Origin: Macrostomum lignano
Taxonomy: Eukaryota
Direction of reading: 5' to 3'
NCBI GenBank assembly: GCA_002269645.1
Contig: NIVC01002972.1
Location: forward strand, 1 to 64,000
DNA: 64,000 nucleotides
A model generated the notes under the pieces. It saw only the letters and a program-made list of their open reading frames with translations, did no database searches and was not told the DNA's origin. Made by a program: the position numbers and the translations under genes. This document shows, in pieces, positions 12,001 to 23,401 of this stretch. Each line of letters opens with the position of its first letter. Positions within the stretch are counted from its first letter, which is position 1.

Positions 12001-15000
12001 TTAGTTTTTTATTTAGTGTTTCATATAATTTCTATACTTTTTGTATTGAATTCAATCTTGCTCAACTGTTCTTGAATTATAAGCCTATTTTTGAAATTTT
12101 AAGAATTTTTTAAAATGACCTAAAAAGTCTCAAAATTTTAAGATTAAGATCAAGATCTTGGTTAGACTCTAATAGGGTGGCTGACTAAGGGGTAAGGGAT
12201 GAGTGAATCATTATAGTAAATCATTATATTTGCTTAGTTTGTTATGTATATAATAGGCCTCTAGTTTTTTATAACAATTTCTTAGAAAAAGTTGCATTTC
12301 CAAAAACATACTACTGTTGTTATACTATGCGAATATTAAAAAAATTTCTTGTATGCAAAATATTCTGAATATTCTATGTGTTAATACTTTGTTTTAAATA
12401 CTAGGAAAATTTTACTATAAATAGGAGTCAGCTAGGAGCAAAAATAAATAACCTTGTTAACCATTTTTTGTTTGTTGGTCTTGTACCATTTTTTCGAACA
12501 TTGACCAAGCTTTAAATCAGCCTTGGGCTTGTGATCACTCGTGTTACTTATTTCGAGTAGTGGATAGTGACATAGGACTTGCCCCAAGATTGGGAGTTCA
12601 GTCCGTTCTCAGAGAACAAGAAATCCTAGACTCAGGAGTCTAGTAACTTGCTTTTAGAAGGCAGAATTCCTACCACAGGGTAGAGAAATCTAGGCTTAGA
12701 GTCTGAGAAACCCACCTTCAGGGCAGAATACTCAGCAAAGTATGCTATGACCCTCTGATCCCAGGAATGCCCAGGACTGAGAATAATATCTTTAAAGGAG
12801 TATAGGAATAGGATAAATGGTGCCTAAAAGACCGCTCAGGCCAGAAATTGCAATAGAAGTACAGACGCTACCAATAAAAGTACATACGCTACCAATAGAA
12901 GTACATGCGCTACTAGTAAAAGGCAAGTAATAACCAGTAAGATTAATAAGAAGAAATATCCCCTGTTACAACTTTGGTGGCAATTAGTGGGAAAATTGGA
13001 GGACAGAAGTAAACCCTAGGACAACTTTGGTGGCAGCAAGTAAGACTAAACAAAAGAATAATTAAGAGCCCTGGGACATGTACATTTATCTATATATATT
13101 TCTATGTTAGTTTAAAAACTGGCAAAAGCCAATTCCATTCCATATACTAAAAATGGTTTGTCTGTGTATGATGGATTTTAGTCCATACAAGGCCAACTCC
13201 TCTGATGGAGGAGAAAGGGGAAGAACTCCCATCGCCAGAAGTCCATTTGCTGAAATCCATTAGCTGAATCCCATGAGCCGAATCCCATCTTCTAATTTCT
13301 CTCCACTAAACTAAATACTATCAAAATCCTCTCCACAAAACAGAAATTGTCTCCGTGAAACTGAACACTATCAAAATCCTCTCCATGAAACTGAACACTA
13401 TCAAAATCCTCTCCATGAAACTGAACTCAATCAAAATTTTCTGTCAAACAGAACTCAACTCTCAGGATTCAGTGGTTAGGGTTAAAGCTGCACAGAGCTG
13501 TGTGTTGAAAGGCGCTAATAAAATTGAATTAATTGAATCAATTGATTGCATAACCAATTTCTTAGTCAGTCAGTATCAGTCTCAGTTAAAGTTTAAAAAA
13601 AGATTGCGCAATCTAAATCAACCCTCCAATATACAACGGAAGTAAGAAGTTGAACCCTCCCCCAACTTTATATATTACATCTCTCAAAACTGAGTAAAAT
13701 TTGCAGAAAGATAAAAGTATAGAAATTGTTTTTCGAATGCTATGCTATTTCTTTTCAAATTTAAAGCAAACAACTTATATCCCCAAAATCAGCATTGCTA
13801 GATCTTTCCAGCAATATAAGTCTCTCTTCTTAAAGTTTAAAACTTGAGGAACAATTAATGTTTGAAATTTCCTAATTTAAAGCATTTAAGTATCTAGTGT
13901 ACGTTGACTGACTGCTAAAGAGGCTTGCAGGCTGATGCATTGAATTTTACTTTACAACAAAAACACGGCTGCCTATTGAAAGGCAGAAAATATTAACAGT
14001 ACCAAAATCATTGCATAATTGTCTATATAGTCAGCTAGTGCACCAGGGTCCAAGTGTACACACACAGCTTTTGAGAACACAACCATCCCCCCACTAAAGA
14101 GAAAATGCACTGGCAAGATAGAAGAAAGTTATGGCACAATCACTCAAAATTGATGTATTTTTTTCAGCATACAGCAAGAAAAGTGACCAAAGAAGGTTAG
14201 AAAAGTGGTTTTCTACTTTTTAGGGATCTTAAAATGTGGAAATAAAAGATTAAAATAGCCTATAGCCATATCTCAAAAAATTTCTGTTTGCAACACATTT
14301 GCAACATTTGCAACGCACAGACAAATAGACAAACATTGCACCAACTTTAATGATCGATTTTAGCAAAAACAGCTCAACCAATTTTCTTCAAATTTGCACT
14401 GTTTGATCAGAAAATTTTCTGTGATGGTACATGCATTGTGGCTAAGAAATTGCAGTTGCTCAATGCTAAAAAGATAAAATATTTGAAAAACATGCTTTTT
14501 TTGCAAAGGTCAAGCAGCTTTTTTGACTAGGAATACAGTGTAAAAATGGTAGAGAAAAAACTGACTGGTTTAATTTTGATTCTAAAATAGATTGCATCAC
14601 AGATCACAATAGGCTTTTTTATTTTTTGTCTGTGTAATGGCTTAATTTTGACACTGAATGGAATTGCGTCACAGTATTGAAAATGCAGTATGGAAGCATA
14701 GCACAGTACTTGATTTATATTACATAACCATATTGTTAACTTTTATAGACTGGTACTGACTTGCCTAAGAAATTGATAATGTCATAACTGTTTTGTGTGA
14801 CTTTTACTCCACTTGACTTGGTGTGAGTGTTGAATTATAAGTGCTACAAATTCATTTATAAATTTGATGAGAGCTAGCCTTATAAAAATTATAAAAAATT
14901 ACACTACTTTTACACTACTAAGTATAACATTATACTGCATTATGCATCTTAGTAGTGTAAAAGTAGTGTAATTTTTTATGGAAACCTAGAGGTGAACAGA

Positions 15001-16869
15001 CTAGACTACTAATGCAGCAACCTGGGGATTGCATCTTAGTAGTGTAAAAGTAGTGTAATTTTTTATGGAAAGCTTTTATTAAAGAACTAATTCAAAAGAC
15101 CTAGATTACTGCACTTGATAAAACTAGGATTATTGCACTTGATAAACCAAGAACTACTGCACTTGATAAACCAGGGATTATTGCACTTGATAAGCCAAAG
15201 ATTATTGCACTTGATAAACCAAGGATTACTGCATTTGATAAGCCAAGAATCACTGCACGTGATAAACTAAGGATTACTGCACTTGATAAACCAAGGATTA
15301 CTGCACTTGATAAACCAAGGATTACTGCGCTTGATAAACCAAGGATTACTGCACTTGATAAACCAAGGATTACTGCACTTGATAAACCAAGGATTACTGC
15401 GCTTGATAAACCAAGGATTACTGCACTTGATAAACCAAGGATTACTGCGCTTGATAAACCAAGGATTACTGCACTTGATAAACCAAGGATTTCTGTACTT
15501 GATAAACCAAGGATTACTGCGCTTGATAAACCAAGGATTACTGCACTTGATAAACCAAGGATTACTGCACTTGATAAACTAAGGATTACTGCACTTGATA
15601 AACCAAGGATTACTGTGCTTGATAAACCAAGGATTACTGCACTTGATAAACCAAGGATTACTGCACTTGATAGAGCAAGGATTATTGCACTAAATGATAA
15701 AATGACTATTGCACTAGCTAAGACATGGATTATTGCACAAATTAAAAAAGCAATTATTGCATTAGCAGAGGAAATATTTGTGCTAGCTACTTGCTATCTG
15801 ATGGATGCTTTCTATCTGGGAGATGCTTTGCTATTGTATCTGGAGAGGGTGCTTATTATCAAGGAATGCTTGCTCTTGAAAGGGAGGGATACTTACGATT
15901 TGGGAGAGGGGGTACTAGCTATATATATATCAACATATATAGAATTCTTTCTTTCCAGAAATGCTTGCTATTTAGTGATTCTTGCTATCTATAGAATGCT
16001 TGCTATCTGGGTGGATACTTGCTATCTGAATAATACTTGCTACCTAGGGGATGCTTGCTATCTATAGGATTATTTGCTATCTGGGGGAATGCTTACTATC
16101 TGGGAAATGCTTGCTAAATAAGAGGATACTTGTTATCTAGGTGGATGCTTGCCTTCTGGGGGGACTTGTTGTCTTAGGGATGTTTTCTATTTAGGGGGAA
16201 TGTCTATTATCTTTGTGAAAAATTGTCTTATTGTCTTTCTATTAATTTTAGAAAAAAGGAAATAGCTTTATAGCAATTTTGTTTGTCCATGACAATTCTA
16301 CTCAAATAAGGTGATTTATAAAACTGAAGAAGGAATTGGTTCTTAAGAAAATGTGCTTTTTAATTGTTTGCCAAGAATAATTTTTGCTCTTTGTTTATTT
16401 CATACCCCAGAGGGGCACTAGATTACTAGTTGACTAACTAATGTTATATATAATCATTGTCTATTATAAAATATTATTAAATACAAATATGATATTAATA
16501 TTAATAAATACAGAGGGATTCCAGGGTATGAAAGGATTGTCCCTTTCTTATTGGGTGTTTAAATGATAAATGCTAGACAAAAGGGTTTGCTCAATTCCAC
16601 AAAAGTGGAATTTCCATAAAAGTGGGCATTTTCAAAGAAATGGAAATATTTAGATTATCCTAAACTAGAGGCCTATACTAAATAATATAATATATAGAAT
16701 TATAATACACAATGTCAAACTAATATTATAATTTAAATCAGTATTTTTACTTTCAATTAGTGCTTACATCAAAAAGCAGAAAAGTTGCAGTTATCTATTT
16801 ATCTTACCTCTCATTGAATGTTTCTTGTGTTACAGGAAGTCGATGGAGTAATCCCTGAATTATCCACAT
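1..16869 (-). CDS. UBR5: E3 ubiquitin-protein ligase UBR5/EDD/hyd, 5' portion (RCC1-like N-terminus, UBA, UBR-box); 3' end lies outside the window
   Basis: Exons inferred by hand, all GT-AG and phase-consistent: 16869-16808 ([20 protein letters not shown]), 10683-10071 (LRELSDK...[18 protein letters not shown]), 8925-8388 (UBA: [28 protein letters not shown]), 7450-6994 (GEDLQYW...DIYWW), 6084-5764 ([10 protein letters not shown]...HAGAVGF), 4976-4157 (MPPPPSPAS...VGRVLKVDG), 3462-2800 ([11 protein letters not shown]...DGGRNVIH), 1966-1282 (UBR-box: [19 protein letters not shown]...[16 protein letters not shown]...AYCDCWEKC), 1169-<1 ([19 protein letters not shown]). Motifs match UBR5 orthologues from memory. 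Several frameshifts lie below 1410. Confidence 0.95.
2140..2730. repeat. ~42-bp minisatellite in a UBR5 intron
   Basis: Unit CCCGGAAATCTCACCCCCTACCCAGAGATACAGGTCCCTAAA, degenerate toward the left. Confidence 0.9.
3570..4090. repeat. 21-bp minisatellite in a UBR5 intron
   Basis: Unit GAGACTGACCCACAAGATGGG. Confidence 0.95.
5009..5190. mobile_element. ~180-bp dispersed repeat, copy 1 (UBR5 intron)
   Basis: Near-identical to 27864-28045 (GGATACGTACGCAGTCATACGCACAGGCACACACTCACACAGGAGTGTACAG...TTGGCCCTCAA...GTTAATTGCA). Confidence 0.75.
6270..6830. repeat. 25-bp minisatellite in a UBR5 intron
   Basis: Unit GAGGTCATACAGGAGCACGATGAGT. Confidence 0.93.
7540..8210. repeat. 20-bp pyrimidine-rich minisatellite in a UBR5 intron
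   Basis: Unit TCTTACCATCTCCCATCCAA and variants. Confidence 0.93.
8980..9870. repeat. 23/24-bp minisatellite in UBR5 intron 2
   Basis: Unit TCTTACCTGATAATCTCACCTAG. Confidence 0.95.
14891..14979. repeat. Perfect 32-bp inverted repeat with 25-nt loop
   Basis: ATAAAAAATTACACTACTTTTACACTACTAAG ... CTTAGTAGTGTAAAAGTAGTGTAATTTTTTAT. The right arm is repeated again at ~15031-15070. Confidence 0.9.
15115..15700. repeat. 24-bp minisatellite in UBR5 intron 1
   Basis: Unit TTGATAAACCAAGGATTACTGCAC. Confidence 0.95.
16808..16869 (-). CDS. UBR5: UBR5 first coding exon (62 nt), absent from the ORF track
   Basis: ATG TGG ATA ATT CAG GGA TTA CTC CAT CGA CTT CCT GTA ACA CAA GAA ACA TTC AAT GAG AG|gtaag. 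It aligns residue for residue with the UBR5 N-terminus [21 protein letters not shown], and the phase-2 donor joins the acceptor at 10683 in frame. Confidence 0.88.
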
Positions 16870-17641
16870 GTTTCTGTGGATGGCAGAAGCCAAATTTTAT
16901 GATCGAGGTTCTTTCAGCTTAGGCCTGTTTTTATATTCAATTCCAATTGAATTCAATGCAATTCACGATTCAAAAAGTTCAAGCGAGCTTAAATTTATAC
17001 TTAGCTATTGAAAAAACCTTCAACAGGCTGCTAAAACAGAATGTTTAGAAGATAGTTGGTGTTTGTGTTGTGATGAGTAGGCTTAAGTAAGCAATGTTAC
17101 ATGTTGATTTGTCACTTTAAAAAAAGTAAGGCAATAGAAAGTCACAAATGGGTTTGATTTTGAAAACTATCAAATAACTGAATAAAATTCGAATTCTAAA
17201 ATTTCTGAATATATGTAAGACGCATAACTATTTAACTGGTTTTTCATGTGATCTCAGATTTTTAGCGTTGTTAATTTAGAGCTCATCACCACTCGATAAT
17301 GTAAAAAAATATCATTATGTTTAAATTTGTTAACACACTAAAACAAATGTTTCATCATGTATAATTATTTTATGTTGTAAATAAATTTAACGTGCAGTAG
17401 TCGTTTTTTATGTTCAGCAGCTAGTTAAAAAACTGATATGCTACTAATACTTAAATATGTACAGTAACAGTAGTGCTCATTGTCATTGCTATAAAAATTC
17501 TTGGCGACACATACACTGCATGTTTATCTTTCGAATTTTTGTGTTCTCGTTGGCTGACATAGTGATCTAATTCGGTCTCGTAGTTCTTTTGATATTTTGC
17601 ACTACATTAGTAATACATGTAGGCCTAACAAAGAGCAGCTA

Positions 17642-18093
17642 GGAGCACAAGAATTGCCCCGCAGATGAACTGCTGCCCGCCCGCGAGATTTGACCGCAGT
17701 GTATTTTGCCCGTGAGTGATTTGCCCTCGAGCAAATTGCCTGCCGAGATTTTCCGACCGAACTTTGCCAGTTTGCCAACCGGACTTAAGTAGTCCCGGTC
17801 GATCTTAAACAAAGATTTAGCGGACAATAAAGCGACATGGCCTTATGCATGACCTTATATAGCAGCTCACCGTGATGTACACACTGTACACGTACCCCTA
17901 CATGGATCATAGAAATGAAAATCTACAAGAACAATATGAATTAATTGATATGCATGAGTTGTCTATCGCAACTGCAGTTTGATCTTTAAATCTATTTATT
18001 TAATTAAGACTTTACTGCACGCATATTGCGGCCCAAGCTCGGCGGGAAATCTCGACGGGCAGCAGTTCTTTTGCAGGCAATTCTAATGGACCC
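17642..18093. mobile_element. MITE-like element with imperfect ~40-bp terminal inverted repeats
   Basis: Left GAATTGCCCCGCAGATGAACTGCTGCCCGCCCGCGAGATTT versus right (reverse complement) GAATTGCCTGCAAAAGAACTGCTGCCCGTCGAGATTT. TSD not clear. Confidence 0.5.
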
Positions 18094-18744
18094 TAGACAA
18101 GAACAAGTTAAGAAACTTAGCTGCCCACGCTGACTCTATCCCGACAATTAATATAGTTAAATCTCATAATTTTGAGACTCCCTCCTCCGACTTTGATCAT
18201 CTCTAAAATACCCATTATACGCAACAACATGCAGCAGACACGTGCTCTTACGCTCATACAACTCATCAGTGTAATATTGGCTGATTGAAAATTGCGAAAA
18301 TTAAATTTAGGCTCATACTAGTAACTACTGTACAAACGCTAAATACGTAACATTCGTTTTGATGTAATGTAATAATTTAATATAATTTGATATAATTTGA
18401 TATAATTTAATGTAAATTTTAACGTAAATTTTATGCATATAGAAATTTACACGTATTTCTAAGTTTCTGGTGATTTAGTGTTGATTTTTTTGAAGAACTG
18501 AATTTACTCTGATGACTATCTTCACTTAGTTTGAATTTGTATTAGAATCAATTTTGAGATAATTACTTTCTCGTACATAAAAAATTAATACTGGTTATGC
18601 ATGACGTAAGCACTAGGAATAAAATTGCTACACACGTTCGCAAACTATACGAGAATATATGCAAAAAATGACGACAACAAAAACATATTCAAAAGCATAC
18701 TACGAGTACAGGGTACAGGTGCGAAACTTTTAGATACATAATTT

Positions 18745-19563
18745 TCACAGAGTAAACATCAGATTTGTCCCTCTGAAAATTGCCATCATAAGCAAACATA
18801 GAACAGCCATTAAGTTAGCAAAAGTCGGTTTTATCGCAGCTCCAACATATGCCTGGTTGTCGTAGTTAGTCAGACGCTGCCGATGAAGAGACGGAGGCGG
18901 TCGGATGCGACCCTGATCTATGCTTGATCGGCAAGAGCCTCCAGCAGGTCTTGATTGTACACCTAAAATCTTTGACCAGTCCATCAGAGACTTGCAGTGC
19001 GTCAAAGAGACGCCAGCTTCTTGGCTGCGATCTGTTTGACACCGCGGCAGCGACCTTGACTGCTGTTGACTGTCGGGATAGGCCTCTGTCACGCTGCAAA
19101 CAATCCTCGTTCGTTCATAGAATGCTTCAACTGTAAATAGTCCACCTTCAAGTAGCTCCCAATCAGTGCCGTTTCTAACCAGACCCAATACAAAAGCGCC
19201 GGAGACGCCATCAGCTGCCGATTCGGCCACACTCGCCAACACGTCAACTCCGATGCATTCGGTGCGTCGAGGTGTCAAACGAACGACCAGAGACCTCTCA
19301 GTTCGGTCAAGGCAACCCTTCAGAATGCAGACTGGTTCAACGTGGAAGTAACGCCGCATCAGACTGTCAGTGAAGTGGGCGGGTTGAACAGCTGCAGTTT
19401 GCACGACCAGATCTGCCAACAGGAGAGCCCCGGCCGGTGCCGCGAACCGGATCGGCAGCCGGTTCTCCAAGTACAGCTCTCTGGTGCGCTTGCACTGGTC
19501 GTTGGAAGTCGCAGCGGAGGCGATGGCTAAAAAGCCTGTCAGGAGTAGAACCAGTTGAAGCAT
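18745..19563 (-). CDS. Intronless 272-aa secreted/membrane-anchored protein; signal peptide, Cys-containing TIMP/NtA-like OB-fold candidate, hydrophobic C-terminus (possible GPI signal)
   Basis: Uninterrupted non-repetitive ORF with gccATG context. N-terminal MLQLVLLLTGFLAIASA, 8 Cys in the mature region, ADLVV...YFHVEPVCILKG pattern, C-terminal GAAIKPTFAN-LMAVLCLLMMAIF. Confidence 0.8.
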   Translation of the reverse strand: MLQLVLLLTGFLAIASAATSNDQCKRTRELYLENRLPIRFAAPAGALLLADLVVQTAAVQPAHFTDSLMRRYFHVEPVCILKGCLDRTERSLVVRLTPRRTECIGVDVLASVAESAADGVSGAFVLGLVRNGTDWELLEGGLFTVEAFYERTRIVCSVTEAYPDSQQQSRSLPRCQTDRSQEAGVSLTHCKSLMDWSKILGVQSRPAGGSCRSSIDQGRIRPPPSLHRQRLTNYDNQAYVGAAIKPTFANLMAVLCLLMMAIFRGTNLMFTL

Positions 19564-19714
19564 GGCTTGGTACGACTTTTGCGGGTCTGCCCGTGTCTAA
19601 TATGTTCTAGTTTTTAACTAAGTCCGGGATCGGCAGCCGCCATCAGCTCATTGGCTGACTTTTGCCCGTCTAAGATGATTTTTACTGGTCGAAACCAAGA
19701 ATAGGCGTGACTTA

Positions 19715-19801
19715 CAGACACAGAAAAACAAACAGACAGACAGACAGACAGACTGACAGACTGACAGACAGACAGACTGACAGACAGACTGACAGACAGA
19801 C

Positions 19802-19835
<34 letters not shown>

Positions 19836-19836
19836 T

Positions 19837-19912
<76 letters not shown>

Positions 19913-19919
19913 CAGAAAA

Positions 19920-19951
<32 letters not shown>

Positions 19952-20065
19952 ACTGACAGACAGACTGACAGACAGACACAGACAGACAGACTGACAGACA
20001 GACTGACAGACAGACACAGACAGACAGACACAAAGACATTAGGAGACTGAGTCAGACGGACAGAC
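19715..20065. repeat. (GACA)n microsatellite
   Basis: Directly visible. Confidence 0.95.
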
Positions 20066-20942
20066 ACGAAACGATATCCAGATCTTACATCTTACATTAG
20101 GCTCTCTGGACCATAACTGTTTAATAGGGTAGATTTAGCTTTTGGAATGTGTTAGAAAAATAGAAAAAATAGAAAAAATAGAAAATAGTTTAGAAAAAAT
20201 AGAAAATTGAGAATCTCATCATCAATACACATAAAGCCTTTATTAAAGGAGTGCAGAAGATACATGAACGTCTCTGTAGAAAACAAAATTATTGAATACG
20301 ATGATGGAATAAAAAATGGCGGCTATGCAAAAGAGATCAGCTATCAAACAAGGAAGGCTGACTCATTCTTCTTTTAGTAGGTCCAGTAGGCAAATTAGAC
20401 ACGTCAAGGAGGAATTGCAGCAATACACGAACATCTTTTTAATCATATCTTCGAGACTATGGGCTAATTCTTGCCATTGAATCAACGTCTCAAGAGTCGA
20501 CTCAATAGAATTCAATTATCCCATGCTATCTATACTATAGATTCGCCTAACCCAGTAAGAACTTACTAAACTTATACGTACCTACATGCAAAAGACCCGT
20601 GGGCCAAATTGTCAATTATAACGTTAGAAACGCGCATTTTGCTGTCTGAAGAAGCTTGAGGGCATGACCTCCGTATAATCCACGTAAAAACGTATAATTA
20701 ATCGCTTAAGTTTAGAGAGATTCCAGTCAGAACAAATATAGATCATCACTGCCATCTGCTATCAATCAGTGCGGACTTGATGGCAGGTGCTACCTCTAGG
20801 TCTACTATTAACCATTAACCATAGGTCTACTAGGTCTACTTTCGAATCGTACTTGATGTGACCTTGGTTTGACCCTGGAAAGTCGCGCAAGGTCAAGAAG
20901 CCATTTTAATCACCGACAGTGCGTCAAAAAGCGATTGGCCTA

Positions 20943-22421
20943 CTTTACCCTATATTTACCCTAGTTTACCCTATAGTTTACCCTAGTTTACCCTAGTTTA
21001 CCCTATAATTTACCCTATAGTTTACCCTATAATTTACCCTAGTTTACCCTAGCTTACCCTAGTTTACCCTAGTTTACCCTAGTTTACCCTAGCTTACCCT
21101 AGTTTACCCTATAATTTACCCTAGTTTACCCTAGCTTACCCTAATTTACCCTAGTTTACCCTAGTTTACCCTAGCTTACCCTAATTTACCCTAGCTTACC
21201 CTAGTTTACCATAGTTTACCCTAATTTACCCTAGCTTACCCTAGTTTACCATAGTTTACCCTAATTTACCCTAGCTTACCCTAGTTTACCATAGTTTACC
21301 CTATTTTACCCTAGTTTACCCTAGTTTACCCTAGCTTACCCTAGTTTACCCTAGTTTACCCTATTTTACCCTAGTTTATCCTAGTTTACCCTAGTTTACC
21401 CTAGTTTACCCTAGTTTACCCTAGCTTACCCTAGTTTACCATACTTTACCCTATTTTACCCTAGTTTATCCTAGTTTACCCTAGCTTACCCTAGTTTACC
21501 TTAGTTTACCCTAGCTTACCCTAATTTACCCTAGTTTACCCTAGTTTACCCTAGCTTACCCTAATTTACCCTAGCTTACCCTAGTTTACCATAGTTTACC
21601 CTAATTTACCCTAGCTTACCCTAGTTTACCATAGTTTACCCTAATTTACCCTAGCTTACCCTAGTTTACCATAGTTTACCCTATTTTACCCTAGTTTACC
21701 CTAGTTTACCCTAGCTTACCCTAGTTTACCCTAGTTTACCCTATTTTACCCTAGTTTATCCTAGTTTACCCTAGTTTACCCTAGTTTACCCTAGTTTACC
21801 CTAGCTTACCCTAGTTTACCATACTTTACCCTATTTTACCCTAGTTTATCCTAGTTTACCCTAGCTTACCCTAGTTTACCCTAGTTTACCCTATTTTACC
21901 CTAGTTTATCCTAGTTTACCCTAGTTTACCCTAGTTTACCCTAGTTTACCCTAGCTTACCCTAGTTTACCATACTTTACCCTATTTTACCCTAGTTTATC
22001 CTAGTTTACCCTAGCTTACCCTAGTTTACCCTAGTTTACCCTATTTTACCCTAGTTTATCCTAGTTTACCCTAGTTTACCCTAGTTTACCCTAGTTTACC
22101 CTAGCTTACCCTAGTTTACCATACTTTACCCTATTTTACCCTAGTTTATCCTAGTTTACCCTAGCTTACCCTAGTTTACCCTAGTTTACCCTATTTTACC
22201 CTAGTTTATCCTAGTTTACCCTAGTTTACCCTATTTTACCCTAGCTTACCCTAGTTTACCCTAGTTTACCCTATTTTACCCTAGCTTACCCTAGTTTACC
22301 CTAGCTTACCCTAGTTTACCCTAGTTTACCCTATTTTACCCTAGTTTATCCTAGTTTACCCTTGTTTACCCTAGTTTACCCTAGTTTACCCTAGTTTACC
22401 CTAGCTTACCCTAGCTTACCC
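20943..22421. repeat. Telomere-like 10-bp satellite (TTTACCCTAG)n with higher-order structure
   Basis: The variant ATACTTTACC recurs at 21441, 21821, 21971 and 22121 (380- and 150-bp periods). Confidence 0.95.
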
Positions 22422-23401
22422 AGTTTGCTCCAAAAACTGTTAGGAATCTTTCGCCTCTGAAAGCGCATCTCACAGCTCCCATGAGGTCATCTATCGTCGG
22501 GTCGGCCATCTCTATGCATGTATAAAGACCGGAGTAACCCTTCACTATACTCGTAGATAAGGTTATTACGCAATCAACTGAGGGTAATCAGGTTGGTTTT
22601 CTTTTGCGAAGAAGCTTTCACTGTCTCCTTCCCCTGCCCCTGTCTGATCAGTTTAACTCGCCATTGAGAGTCTGCGATGCAGGAGGCATAAATCAAAAGA
22701 AACAGGGGGGGGGGGATCGAGACTTCCAAGTGACAAAATAAGGGAAAAGTTAATCAGTTTTCCCTGTAAGCTCTCTTTGATCCTTGTAAAAGTTGCTATA
22801 TATATACGAGTATATATATATATATACGTCACAGAATCAAATTCTATCTGACTGCCTAATCAGATTTTGTAGAATTTTTTCTCCCCTGGCAACAGAAGGC
22901 GCGATTTGAAACAAATTTAACCCTGGTATAAGATTTATATCGTTAAACCCTTGCAAACACTCGACAGTTTGTTTCTATGAGGCTGCACAACTATAGCCAA
23001 CTCTTTCTCAAAAGAAGAACTGAATATATCAGCTTGAGGTCATGACCTCTTACATTGTCAATGCACAGATCTTATGGTCTGGGGTAAACGTTGAAGTTTA
23101 CTCGTAGAAGGATTCCGGACGGCGGAGCAAAGATCTATCATCATGCCACCTACTATACTATCCATCAGTGCGGTGCTTGATGTCAGATGTACGTGTAGGT
23201 GCCACTATTAATCATTCGGCATTATTTCTTTCTAATGACCTTGACTTTACCCGTAGAAAGTTGTGCAAAGCCAAAATATTCACCGAAAGCCAAGAAGCGA
23301 TCAGATGGATCAAAGTGGTGAAATCAGCTAAAATACCAACTATTTCTACATAAAATTACATACGAGCATAGAGATGCGGTAGCGTAGTGGTTCCCTAGCT
23401 C

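Noticed and set aside
12550-12620. tRNA/SINE-like A-box and B-box (AGTAGTGG...GAGTTCAGTCC); also GGTAGCGTAGTGGTT at ~23387
   Set aside because: No cloverleaf can be built and no second copy is visible; too weak to call.
10700-13100. Possible decayed retroelement coding sequence in UBR5 intron 1
   Set aside because: No RT, integrase or endonuclease motif could be recovered in any frame by eye; needs an HMM search.
20230-20500. Minus-strand coding-like fragment ending near an AATAAA
   Set aside because: Contains an in-frame stop, has no start or splice support and no recognisable motif.
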